The notes under the pieces were generated by a model. The model saw only the letters and a list, made by a program, of their open reading frames with translations. It was not told the origin of the DNA and searched no databases. A stretch of DNA of 64,000 nucleotides from Bacteroidota bacterium (GTDB lineage Bacteria > Bacteroidota > Bacteroidia > Cytophagales > Cyclobacteriaceae): assembly GCA_039198955.1 (NCBI GenBank), contig JBCCTI010000031.1:2046-66045 (forward strand). The letters run 5' to 3'. Of this stretch, positions 1-8,605 are shown piece by piece. The first letter of the stretch is position 1, and each line of letters opens with the position of its first letter. The position numbers were made by a program, and so were the translations under genes.

Positions 1-268
1 CAGAAATCTTTGCCTTCGCCGGAAGCGTGAGGTCAAAATGCTCAATTACCTTCTTTTCCAACTCGCGTCTTCGGTCAACCTGCGCTTTCTCTAAAAGGTT
101 AGGAAACTCGTTACGCAGTGGTGAGGGTAAAGGGGTCCGCTTGATAACATTCACAAAATGAACGTATTCTGCCGACCCGGTTCGGGCTAAGAACGAAGCA
201 AACTGGATGAGTGAGGTATCCATCTCAGTGTTGTCTAGCCCTACCATAATTTTTCGTACAGGGTCCAT
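1..268 (-). CDS. Universal stress protein family, N-terminal part (runs off the window edge)
   Basis: Manual translation from ATG at 268: MDPVRKIMVGLDNTEMDTSLIQFASFLARTGSAEYVHFVNV..., matching the Usp-type start (kILVglD ... i.lvhV). Not in the supplied ORF track. Confidence 0.65.
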   Translation of the reverse strand, partial: MDPVRKIMVGLDNTEMDTSLIQFASFLARTGSAEYVHFVNVIKRTPLPSPLRNEFPNLLEKAQVDRRRELEKKVIEHFDLTLPAKAKIS

Positions 269-457
269 ATAATTCAATTCTCCTTTATGATTTACAAAAC
301 TGTTAGTCTTTGTGGTTATCATGGTAAATTACGTGACGTTTCACAAGAGTGAAAAATGAATAAACACCTTCTGGGTATACGTGTAAGAAAAATAAGCGTT
401 ATGTTTATTCAAAGATTTATTTTCCTTTAATAACGTACAACTTATTTACTGATTTTT

Positions 458-1534
458 TTATGAGATTGCACTTATTTTATCGATTAATAGTATCATTTGT
501 TCTTTAGAGTGTGTAGGGAAATTGGCAATTCTGATATGTTTGCTCTTAAAATGACCATAGCCCTTACCAATTACTAGATTATCCGTCTGAAGTTTTTCCA
601 TAACCTCTGACGACGGTTTTTTCGTCTCGGCAACAATAACCGTCTTAGACCGATACTTCTCATTTCTTACAAATGGGGTAAAATCCGGATGCTCTAATAG
701 CGTTTGGTACATCATACCCGCCTTGAACTTAGTTTCGTTACGGATCATTTCCATCCCTTTCGTCAGCATATCTCCCGCCACTTTAGCTAACAGATAGATG
801 CCCAACACATTTGGAGTCTCAGGAGTTTGCTGCTTTCGGGCTTTTTCCAATAAAGATGGTAACGAATGATAAGAGCCAATGCTTTGTTTCTGCACTAACT
901 GTTCTGCTTTGGCTAAGCATCGGTCATTTACCAACCATACTCCCAATCCGGCGGGTAGCCCAAAACCCTTTTGAACCGAAAAGTAAGTTGTATCAATTTG
1001 CGCGTAATCCAGATCGATATACGGTAGGGTCGAGACGGCATCTACCGCAATAATAGCGTTAGGGTGACTTTTCCGTATCCGATAGATATCTTCTAATGGT
1101 TGGGCGGCCCCAGTACTAGTTTCGTTTTGGGTAAAGGCGACTAACTCAGTATCAGTCGGAATCTGGTCGGGATCAACAATTGCACAGTCTCCCTCCTCGG
1201 CAGCCTGGGCAATAGGTGATCTTCCTAATTCTTGGGTAATCTTGTAAAAACGATTTGAAAAAGCCCCATTTACGTAATGGTAACTTTGTTCGGCTACCAG
1301 GTTCTGAATAAGCCGCTCCCAAATCTCGGTAGCTGAGCCAGTAAAAAACACGTAGTAATTATCGGGCAGCCCCAGTAAGTTCCGAAGATTTTCTTCAGCC
1401 TCCTGAAAGATTGACTGAAAACGGGTACTCCGGTGCGAAATAGAGGGCACTTGTTCGGCTAAAGCTTTCTTTACATGACTTTCTACCGTAAAATACAGCT
1501 CGGCGGGGCCGGGGGTAAAAAATATTTGTTTCAT
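458..1534 (-). CDS. serC: Class V PLP-dependent aminotransferase, phosphoserine aminotransferase-like
   Basis: FTPGPA N-terminal motif, TGSAT, QNETSTG, DAVS and SVQKGFG (PLP lysine). ATG at 1534 preferred over GTG at 1540. Confidence 0.75.
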   Translation of the reverse strand: MKQIFFTPGPAELYFTVESHVKKALAEQVPSISHRSTRFQSIFQEAEENLRNLLGLPDNYYVFFTGSATEIWERLIQNLVAEQSYHYVNGAFSNRFYKITQELGRSPIAQAAEEGDCAIVDPDQIPTDTELVAFTQNETSTGAAQPLEDIYRIRKSHPNAIIAVDAVSTLPYIDLDYAQIDTTYFSVQKGFGLPAGLGVWLVNDRCLAKAEQLVQKQSIGSYHSLPSLLEKARKQQTPETPNVLGIYLLAKVAGDMLTKGMEMIRNETKFKAGMMYQTLLEHPDFTPFVRNEKYRSKTVIVAETKKPSSEVMEKLQTDNLVIGKGYGHFKSKHIRIANFPTHSKEQMILLIDKISAIS

Positions 1535-1549
1535 TATCACTGGTTTTTC

Positions 1550-1557
1550 TACCTTTG
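1550..1557 (+). promoter_or_regulatory. Bacteroidota primary-sigma -7 element TACCTTTG
   Basis: Exact TAnnTTTG match 45 nt upstream of the ORF at 1603. Confidence 0.55.
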
Positions 1558-1602
1558 TTTTAAATCCAACATTCGTTTACCAGATTTGTCTATTAGTAGG
1601 TT

Positions 1603-2394
1603 ATGAACCCTGCAATGTCATCACTGCCTCCTACATTGGCAGCATTTCGCCCCGTCATTGAAAAGTCGCTTCGTCCCTACATCCGAGTTCAAGCGCAAAT
1701 TGACGAAGATGTTACCATTATTCAAAGTAAATTCGGTGGATTACCGTATTTACCCTCTGATGTGGATTATCCGACTGATGAAGATGGAAACCCGTTATTC
1801 TTACTAGCACAGATTAATTGTGAAGATTTGCCGGAGTTAGAAGATTTCCCTCAGCGAGGAATTCTACAATTTTATATTGCCGATGATGATATGTACGGCC
1901 TGGATTTGGACGAACCCACCGATCAGCAAAATTTTCGGATACTGTATTTTGAGGAAGTAGATGAAGGGAATCGACAGCGTGATTTTAGTTTTCTCCCAGT
2001 ATTTGAAGAAATGCCCTTTGAAGAAAAATATACGCTCACGTTTACTTCAGAGACTGGAGCCGTTTCTCCTGAAGATATTCATTTTGATGAAGCCTTTGGT
2101 GAGGCACCTCATACCTTTTTCGATCAGTTTGGAGCTGATGCCGACCCGGTTCGCCGTGAGTACCGTCGGTTTGCTAAGGGGGCTGGACATAAAATGGGTG
2201 GTTACGCCCACTTCACGCAGGAAGATCCTCGCTTCGAGATCGATGATTTTGCTGAAGCCGTTCTACTACTCCAAATCGATTCTAAAAATGATATTGAGTG
2301 GGGCGATGCCGGAATAGCTAATTTCTTTATCCTTCCCGAAGACCTCCGCAACCGTGATTTTAGCAATGTGATGTACAACTGGGATAGCCTTTGA
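1603..2394 (+). CDS. YwqG/DUF1963 family protein
   Basis: SKFGGLPYLP, LFLLAQINC, GILQFYI, HKMGGY, LLLQIDS and WGDAGIANFFI...DFSNVMYNWD motifs. Confidence 0.85.
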   Translation: MNPAMSSLPPTLAAFRPVIEKSLRPYIRVQAQIDEDVTIIQSKFGGLPYLPSDVDYPTDEDGNPLFLLAQINCEDLPELEDFPQRGILQFYIADDDMYGLDLDEPTDQQNFRILYFEEVDEGNRQRDFSFLPVFEEMPFEEKYTLTFTSETGAVSPEDIHFDEAFGEAPHTFFDQFGADADPVRREYRRFAKGAGHKMGGYAHFTQEDPRFEIDDFAEAVLLLQIDSKNDIEWGDAGIANFFILPEDLRNRDFSNVMYNWDSL

Positions 2395-2565
2395 CAGTTG
2401 ACAATTGATAGTGGATAATTAAAAATATGAGATGTGAAAAGCGGCAGCCACGCTGTCGGAAGACCGAAGTCCGGAGACAGAGAACAATGAGCAATGAACA
2501 ATTTGTAATTTTTCAATTTGTAATTCCCTTAATCAACAACTAGCAATCGAGCATTCAAGCAACCG
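2391..2565. repeat. Mosaic of degenerate heptamer tandem repeats
   Basis: TTGACAG TTGACAA TTGATAG TGGATAA (2391-2418); AGACCGA AGTCCGG AGACAGA GAACAAT GAGCAAT GAACAAT (2461-2502); TTGTAAT-type and TCAACAA/CTAGCAA-type units; small hairpin CGGCAGC-CAC-GCTGTCG at 2442-2458. Confidence 0.8.
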
Positions 2566-2570
2566 AAAAT

Positions 2571-3101
2571 ATGATCTTTACTGAAACCAAACTGGCGGGA
2601 GCCTTTATTATCGATCTGAAAAAAATTGAAGACGATCGGGGTTTCTTCTCGCGGGCATTCTGTGCCAACGAATTTCGTGAGCATGGGCTAAACCCAACGG
2701 TAACTCAGTGTAATTTGTCACTATCTAAGGTCAAGTACACACTACGAGGATTTCACTATCAGGTAGAGGGTGCCGAGGAAGCAAAGACGGTTCGTTGCAT
2801 CCGAGGTAGTGTTCTAGACGTAATTATTGACCTGCGGAAAGATTCACCTACCTACTGTCAACATGTTGCGGTAGAATTGTCGGCCGAGAACCATCGGGCG
2901 TTATACGTACCCGAGCATTTTGCTCATTCGTTTATCACGCTAGAAGATAACTGTGAAGTTTTTTATCAAGTATCTGAATTTTATTCTCCCGGAAAAGAAC
3001 GAGGCATTCGCTGGAATGACCCGACATTTGAGGTAGACTGGCCCACCCAGCAACCCATCGTTTCTGAAAAGGATGCCAATCATCCCAACTTCCATCCTTA
3101 A
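2571..3101 (+). CDS. rfbC: dTDP-4-dehydrorhamnose 3,5-epimerase family
   Basis: DDRGFFSR, LRGFHYQ, KTVRCIRGSVLDVIIDLRKDSPT, YVPEHFAH, GIRWNDP and SEKD. Confidence 0.9.
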   Translation: MIFTETKLAGAFIIDLKKIEDDRGFFSRAFCANEFREHGLNPTVTQCNLSLSKVKYTLRGFHYQVEGAEEAKTVRCIRGSVLDVIIDLRKDSPTYCQHVAVELSAENHRALYVPEHFAHSFITLEDNCEVFYQVSEFYSPGKERGIRWNDPTFEVDWPTQQPIVSEKDANHPNFHP

Positions 3102-3123
3102 CCAATCTTGATTTGCTGGCTGC

Positions 3124-4107
3124 TCAAAGTGCTTGGGCGGGCTGCGTATACGGTTCCTGCTGTTGGAAGTAGTATTTGACCAATCCGTAGCCGTAGCCCA
3201 AAAACACAGTAAACGCTGTGAAAATACTTAAAAAACCTACTGACAAGGACTTATAGCGTACTGCACCTTCCAGGAAAACCGCAATAGCATATAGGCCTAA
3301 AGAGGCGGCCAGCCATCTTCCCAAGGCTGGTTCAATGATTGATAAAATCAGGGTAAGGAACAGATAGGCGTAGAACAAAAGGGGAAGAAAATACATAGGC
3401 TTTAAGCTACCGGGAAACAACCGAGCCAGATTAATACGGGACTTGCCAAACCACACCATCTGCTGCCAAAAACCTTTCAAAGTTTTCTTCCGCTTGTGAT
3501 AGATATATGCCTCTGGAATTAGCCCGACCTTAAACCCTTGCTGCTGAATGCGGATGCTCAGATCAATATCTTCCCCACAGTTGGGTAGCCGATAGCCCCC
3601 CGTAGCTTCGTATACCTGACGGGAGAAGCCCATATTGAAACTACGAGGGTGGTACTCTCCTACTTGTTTCTTTCTTCCTCGGGTTCCAGCCGTGGTTAGA
3701 AAAGAGGTCAGGGCAAAATCTACGGATTTTTGCATGGGGGTAAATGAAGAATGCCCCCGGTCTGGTCCACCAAACGCGTCTAGTTTCTGCTGCTGAATAC
3801 CTTGGTGGACATGTTGCAAATAGTCGGGCGGAACGATAATATCAGAATCTAGAATAATCAGATAATCACCCCGAGCCTGCTCCATACCAAAGTTACGGGA
3901 AAAGCCTTGTCCGTGATTGCCCGTATACGCGTAGTGAATATTTAACTGATTTTGGAAATCAGTCACTACCCGGTCAGATTTTACGGTCGAGCCACTTTCT
4001 ACCACAATTACTTCAAAATTCGTATACGTTTGCTGTACCAGCCCCTCCAGTACCTCCCGAATATCATCGGGGCGGTTGTACACTGGAATAACCAAAGAAT
4101 AAAGCAT
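3124..4107 (-). CDS. Glycosyltransferase family 2 with C-terminal membrane segment
   Basis: SLVIPVYNRP, RNFG, ILDSD (DxD), GEDIDLS and HKR motifs. Confidence 0.85.
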   Translation of the reverse strand: MLYSLVIPVYNRPDDIREVLEGLVQQTYTNFEVIVVESGSTVKSDRVVTDFQNQLNIHYAYTGNHGQGFSRNFGMEQARGDYLIILDSDIIVPPDYLQHVHQGIQQQKLDAFGGPDRGHSSFTPMQKSVDFALTSFLTTAGTRGRKKQVGEYHPRSFNMGFSRQVYEATGGYRLPNCGEDIDLSIRIQQQGFKVGLIPEAYIYHKRKKTLKGFWQQMVWFGKSRINLARLFPGSLKPMYFLPLLFYAYLFLTLILSIIEPALGRWLAASLGLYAIAVFLEGAVRYKSLSVGFLSIFTAFTVFLGYGYGLVKYYFQQQEPYTQPAQAL

Positions 4108-4109
4108 AC

Positions 4110-5087
4110 CTACACCATTTTACCCTCCAGTGGCTGCGTTTGTTCGGCAACTAGATAATCATTCTTCTGACCTGAGTTGATGGTAATCATCTCGCCCAAA
4201 AATCCCGCCAGAAAGAGCTGGACCCCCACAATTAAGGCAACCAGTGCCAGATAGAACAATGGCTGTTCAGTAACTTCCCGTACTACTAACTCATTATGAA
4301 TTCGGTAGATTTTATCAGCGATCAGCCAAATAGTAACAATTAAGCCAAATAAAAACGATAGTGTACCCAAAGTGCCGAAGAAGTGCATGGGTCGCTTCTT
4401 GAACTTGGAGACGAAGTTGATAGATAGCAAATCCAGAAAACCGAAGACAAATCGTTCCAGACCAAATTTGGTCACCCCGTACTTACGCTCCTGATGTTGC
4501 ACCACTTTTTCACCAATGCGGGTATAGCCGTTGCGGGCGGCAATCATCGGAATATAGCGGTGCATTTCACCGTACACTTCAATATTTTTGATTACTTCTT
4601 TCCGATAGGATTTTAACCCGCAGTTGAAATCGTGTAGCTTTACACCTGAAATCAAGCGAGTAACCGCATTGAATAGCTTGGAAGGAATGGTTTTACTGAT
4701 AGGATCATAACGTTTCTTCTTCCAACCTGATACTAAATCATAGCCCTGCTCCTGAATCATGGCGTATAGTTCCGGAATTTCATCGGGACTGTCTTGCAAA
4801 TCGGCATCCATCGTAATTACTACATCACCTCGTACGTGCTCAAAGCCCGTTTGCAGTGCGGCTGACTTACCGTAGTTACGATTGAGGCGTAGCCCCAGCA
4901 CATTGGGGTTTGCCCGGGCGATTTCCTGCACTACCCGCCAGGAATGATCGCGACTGCCATCGTCTACCAACAACACCTCGTAACGAAGGTTGTGCTCGTC
5001 CATTACCTGGCTAATCCAGGCACACAATTCTACCAAAGATTCTTCCTCGTTGTACAAAGGCACTACGACGGATACATCCTTCTTCAT
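4110..5087 (-). CDS. GT2 polyprenol-phosphate glycosyltransferase (ArnC/DPM1-like)
   Basis: VVVPLYNEEE, VDDGSRD, RNYGKSAAL, TMDADLQD, GEMHRYIP and two C-terminal TM helices. Confidence 0.88.
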   Translation of the reverse strand: MKKDVSVVVPLYNEEESLVELCAWISQVMDEHNLRYEVLLVDDGSRDHSWRVVQEIARANPNVLGLRLNRNYGKSAALQTGFEHVRGDVVITMDADLQDSPDEIPELYAMIQEQGYDLVSGWKKKRYDPISKTIPSKLFNAVTRLISGVKLHDFNCGLKSYRKEVIKNIEVYGEMHRYIPMIAARNGYTRIGEKVVQHQERKYGVTKFGLERFVFGFLDLLSINFVSKFKKRPMHFFGTLGTLSFLFGLIVTIWLIADKIYRIHNELVVREVTEQPLFYLALVALIVGVQLFLAGFLGEMITINSGQKNDYLVAEQTQPLEGKMV

Positions 5088-5605
5088 CAGTCAAATTCTG
5101 GTTCCTTTTTCTTAACAATTGCTCCAATAATCAGTGAGATAATTCCCCCGCCAATAAGCGTGGTAGTAAAATAGCCTATCAGTAAGTTTTCTACCCCAAA
5201 ACTGTCTTGGGATTCTATACCAGCTACTGCTTCATCAATTTGCTCATCGCTCATACCAAAACTCTCGAGTGTACCTACCGTGTTGTTAACCACACTTTCA
5301 GTAATGGTTTCTTTCAGCTCTGGATTAATCATATTAAACTGAACAATGGAATACAAGGTAGAAATAGCGGTACCGATGGCAATAATAATCAGGGTAGAAA
5401 GAAACGCATTTTTAAAGCTGAGAAACCCACCTTGCTGCTTACGAAGTTCCAGTCCGGCCACAATTAATATTGTCGCGCTAATGCCTAAATTTACTAGTTG
5501 AAACCAGGAAGCCACCATCAGAGTGGGGTCAATCATGATGATTGCCAGACTGATAGCAATACTAATAAACCCCAGGAACAGTCCGTACTTTAGATTGTGT
5601 GCCAT
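5087..5605 (-). CDS. DUF4199 family membrane protein
   Basis: KYGL start, four hydrophobic helices and GGFLSFKNAF motif; TGATG overlap with the downstream GT2. Confidence 0.75.
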   Translation of the reverse strand: MAHNLKYGLFLGFISIAISLAIIMIDPTLMVASWFQLVNLGISATILIVAGLELRKQQGGFLSFKNAFLSTLIIIAIGTAISTLYSIVQFNMINPELKETITESVVNNTVGTLESFGMSDEQIDEAVAGIESQDSFGVENLLIGYFTTTLIGGGIISLIIGAIVKKKEPEFD

Positions 5606-5628
5606 ATTCAGTAGCAAATTAGTTTCTG

Positions 5629-5636
5629 CAAAGATA
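5629..5636 (-). promoter_or_regulatory. -7 element TATCTTTG (internal promoter)
   Basis: Exact TAnnTTTG on the minus strand, 23 nt before ATG 5605. Confidence 0.5.
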
Positions 5637-5643
5637 ACAGAAC

Positions 5644-6216
5644 TTATGAGTTAGATAGGCGGCGGGCACGCAAAGATGAAATTACGCTAAATGCTATCGC
5701 CAGCGTAGATGTCAGGAAAAAACCAAGCAGCAACTTCTTGAGCAAATCGTCTAGCGCAATACCAGTTGCTGTAATCGAGACCACCGCTTTCTGGGTTTCA
5801 TTATACCGATCTGCCCCAAACTGTTCCAGGAATTCCTCCTGCCGACTTTCCAGGGATTGCAGGGACACTTCACGGTACGAACTTACCAGACTATCATCCA
5901 ATTGCATAACGAGTGTAGCGACTAAAAAAGTACTCAGGCAGATAGTTCCGTACACAGCAATTCCCAGCAGCAACCCGTACCAAAACTTCCACTTGCCTAC
6001 CCAGTGGTAGCGACGAAACTCTACCAAGGCGAGCAGGGAAAAAGCCATAAAGATGACGGAGTATGCTATCAGTTTGGGGGCACTCCAGATCATGGGATTT
6101 TCGCCCAGTCCCTGCATGGCAAAAAACAACCCAATGGCAATAACGCTACCCACCAAGCCGTACTTCAACCCTACGGAGAGAACAACTCGGATTAATGAGG
6201 TGGCTGGTTCGCTCAT
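5644..6216 (-). CDS. DUF4199 family membrane protein (second paralog)
   Basis: VGLKYGL start and four TM helices. ATG 6216 overlaps the upstream stop (ATGA), so it is preferred over the longer ORF-track start. Confidence 0.65.
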   Translation of the reverse strand: MSEPATSLIRVVLSVGLKYGLVGSVIAIGLFFAMQGLGENPMIWSAPKLIAYSVIFMAFSLLALVEFRRYHWVGKWKFWYGLLLGIAVYGTICLSTFLVATLVMQLDDSLVSSYREVSLQSLESRQEEFLEQFGADRYNETQKAVVSITATGIALDDLLKKLLLGFFLTSTLAIAFSVISSLRARRLSNS

Positions 6217-7511
6217 GGCGCAATGTAGTGTTGCCCAGCATTGAATACCGCCCGTACCTGTCCAGTTAGGGTTTTGCCCCACCAGGGATGGTTGCTAGAC
6301 TTAGATGGGCTGGTTGACTCGTTGAACTCCCAGTGAGCTATGGGGTCAAATACGGTGAGGTTAGCGATTTCGCCCTCGGCGATTTTGGGCAATGGTAACT
6401 TTAGTAACTTCCGAGGCAGATGAGTACACCGATTGAGTAGTAACCACCAAGGTAAAGATTCTGAGACTACTTGGGTAAGCATAGGCAAGAAAGTGGGTAA
6501 GCCTAGCATTCCAAACTCGGCTAGATCAAACTCACAGCGCTTGCTCTCAATATCTTGGGGCTGATGGCTGGAGACAATCACGTCAATAGTCCCATCTTTC
6601 AGCCCTTCCAGCAGAGCGAGGCGGTCGGCTTCGGTACGCAGTGGCGGGTTCACCTTGTAGTTGGTATCAAAATCAGCCAGCAGTTCGTCGGTCATCAGTA
6701 GCTGGTGAGCCGCTACGTCGCAGGTAATGGCTAAATCCTGTTGTTTTGCTTCACGAATTAACGCTACCGACTCGGCCGCCGAAATATTGCTTAGGTGCAA
6801 CCGGGGCGGATGATCATAAGCGTATTCACCGGCGTACTGTAGCAAGCGAATGTGCTGCTCAACCGCCAACGTTTCCGACAGGCTAGACATACCTTTCATG
6901 CCGAGCAGCGTGCTCTGTACCCCCTCGTGCATCACTCCAAACTGGGTGAGTTGAGTATCTTCGGGGCGATTTATCAGTAACCCGCCGAACTTCTGAACGT
7001 ACTGAAGGGCTTTCAGCAGCACTTGCCGATGAGTGAGTGCGTTTAGCCCATCCGAAAAAGCGACGGCACCTGCCTGCTGCAAGTCAATCATCTCGGTAAG
7101 CTCGTGCCCGTTTACCCCTCGGGTGACGGCTGCCAACGGATGAATTTTCACTAATCCCTCCGAATGACCTAGTAGATAGTGCAGATCATTTTTAGTATCT
7201 ACTACTGGATCGGTATTGGGAAGTAGTACCACTTCAGTAAATCCCCCGGCGGCAGCGGCCTGACTACCTGAGAATAAATCTTCTTTATGCTCCAACCCAG
7301 GGTCGCCAAAGTGCGTCTGCATATCCAGCCATCCCACAGATACCAACACCTCGTCGCCCTCAATTACCCGATCTGCCTGAATGTCAGGTACAGTAGTAGT
7401 CGCTGCTTCCAAGCGAGTGATTACTCCTTCTTGAATAAATAGATGTACTTTTTGCTGATGAAAAGGCGAGGAAGGTTCGAGAAGCGTGACAGACTTTAAC
7501 CAGATGTTCAT
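6213..7511 (-). CDS. pyrC: Dihydroorotase-like amidohydrolase, probably catalytically inactive PyrC'
   Basis: Type I DHOase scaffold (AAAAGGFT, PNTDPVVD, GAVAFSDG, KVNPPLR, DGTID), but the metal and catalytic ligands are substituted (DMQTHFGDPG, NRPED, LHLSNIS, SSHQP). Confidence 0.75.
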   Translation of the reverse strand: MNIWLKSVTLLEPSSPFHQQKVHLFIQEGVITRLEAATTTVPDIQADRVIEGDEVLVSVGWLDMQTHFGDPGLEHKEDLFSGSQAAAAGGFTEVVLLPNTDPVVDTKNDLHYLLGHSEGLVKIHPLAAVTRGVNGHELTEMIDLQQAGAVAFSDGLNALTHRQVLLKALQYVQKFGGLLINRPEDTQLTQFGVMHEGVQSTLLGMKGMSSLSETLAVEQHIRLLQYAGEYAYDHPPRLHLSNISAAESVALIREAKQQDLAITCDVAAHQLLMTDELLADFDTNYKVNPPLRTEADRLALLEGLKDGTIDVIVSSHQPQDIESKRCEFDLAEFGMLGLPTFLPMLTQVVSESLPWWLLLNRCTHLPRKLLKLPLPKIAEGEIANLTVFDPIAHWEFNESTSPSKSSNHPWWGKTLTGQVRAVFNAGQHYIAP

Positions 7512-7532
7512 AGGAAGATTAATGACTGCCGA

Positions 7533-7540
7533 CAAAGGTA
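7533..7540 (-). promoter_or_regulatory. -7 element TACCTTTG
   Basis: Exact TAnnTTTG 21 nt upstream of ATG 7511; supports this start over 7535. Confidence 0.55.
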
Positions 7541-7555
7541 GTGGTTTCTTACTAA

Positions 7556-7712
7556 TAGTCCACAGCTTATCAGTCCATGGTCGACAGATTATAGTTCACA
7601 AATTTCTAGTTGAAATAAATAGACAGCAATAACCAGTAATTCTAGCTGATGAGAAGTGAATGCAACGCTAAACGCTACTATCTATGGACAATGGACTGTC
7701 GTCTGTGGACTA
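7556..7712. repeat. Inverted heptamer-repeat arms around a ~110-bp core
   Basis: TAGTCCACAG (7556-7565) is the reverse complement of CTGTGGACTA (7703-7712); CAGTCCAT (7571-7578) is the reverse complement of ATGGACTG (7691-7698). Confidence 0.75.
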
Positions 7713-7735
7713 TTTCCCTAAAAAACATCAAGCAG

Positions 7736-7743
7736 TATATTTG
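7736..7743 (+). promoter_or_regulatory. -7 element TATATTTG
   Basis: Exact TAnnTTTG 19 nt upstream of ATG 7763. Confidence 0.55.
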
Positions 7744-7762
7744 ATCTAAAACTGCTCAGGCG

Positions 7763-8566
7763 ATGGCGCAAGATTATGACAAAATCCTGAAGGAAAATAT
7801 GGAAGCCCTTATTCTTCCGTTGGCAAAAAAGTTATTAGGATTATCTATTCAAGAAACAGAGGAACTCCCCGATGATTTACAAACTACCCTAGAACGAAAA
7901 CCCGATTTACTGAAGCGAGTTACAGCCGATGCAGACGGGCACTCATCTTACCTACTACATATTGAGTTTCAAGTGAAGGACGAAGCCACAATGATTAATC
8001 GTATGTTGCTCTACTACGCCATGCTCTGGGAAAAATACCGGGAACCGATAAAACAATACGTAGTTTTCATTGGGTCACGAAAGCCACGCATGACTACTAC
8101 TTTGAACCATGAACTGATCAATTACCATTTTTTGTTAGTTGATGTCCGCGAACTCGATTACCAAACATTGCTTAATAACGCTACTCAGCCCGAGGAAGCC
8201 GTCTTAGCCATTTTGAGTAATTTCAAAAAACAGGAAGTAGATACGGCGATTCCTGAGATATTGCAAAAGCTACAAAAGTTAGCTAAAGACGAACGAAAGC
8301 TAAGAAGATACGTTCGACAAATAGAGATATTAGCTAATTTACGCCATCTACAACCAAAAGTCATACAATATACCGAAGTCATGGCACTTACTTACGATAT
8401 TAAATCTGATGTCCGCTATCAGGAAGGAAAAGAGTCAGAAAAGAAAGAACTGATTATCTCTATGCTTAAGTCCGGATTGCTCACTGATAAGCAGATTGCC
8501 CAGATTGCAGATACTTCTCTGAAACAGATTCAGAAGATCAAAAAATCTATTGGGGAGCAGAAATAA
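7763..8566 (+). CDS. Rpn/YhgA-like PD-(D/E)XK nuclease family protein (putative transposase-like, possibly defence)
   Basis: DYDKILKE start, RKPDLLKRV...LLHIEFQ (PD...ExQ), RMLLY, YVVFIG, and a C-terminal YQEG...helix-turn-helix tail. Confidence 0.8.
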   Translation: MAQDYDKILKENMEALILPLAKKLLGLSIQETEELPDDLQTTLERKPDLLKRVTADADGHSSYLLHIEFQVKDEATMINRMLLYYAMLWEKYREPIKQYVVFIGSRKPRMTTTLNHELINYHFLLVDVRELDYQTLLNNATQPEEAVLAILSNFKKQEVDTAIPEILQKLQKLAKDERKLRRYVRQIEILANLRHLQPKVIQYTEVMALTYDIKSDVRYQEGKESEKKELIISMLKSGLLTDKQIAQIADTSLKQIQKIKKSIGEQK

Positions 8567-8605
8567 CCTTTACTTTGCTCTTTCTTTGGAGAAACCTTCT
8601 GACTT

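Noticed and set aside
2202-2516. ORFs crossing heptamer arrays (also 24306-24595 and 22790-23065)
   Set aside because: Open frames and pseudo-periodic peptides arise from the repeats themselves and overlap real genes.
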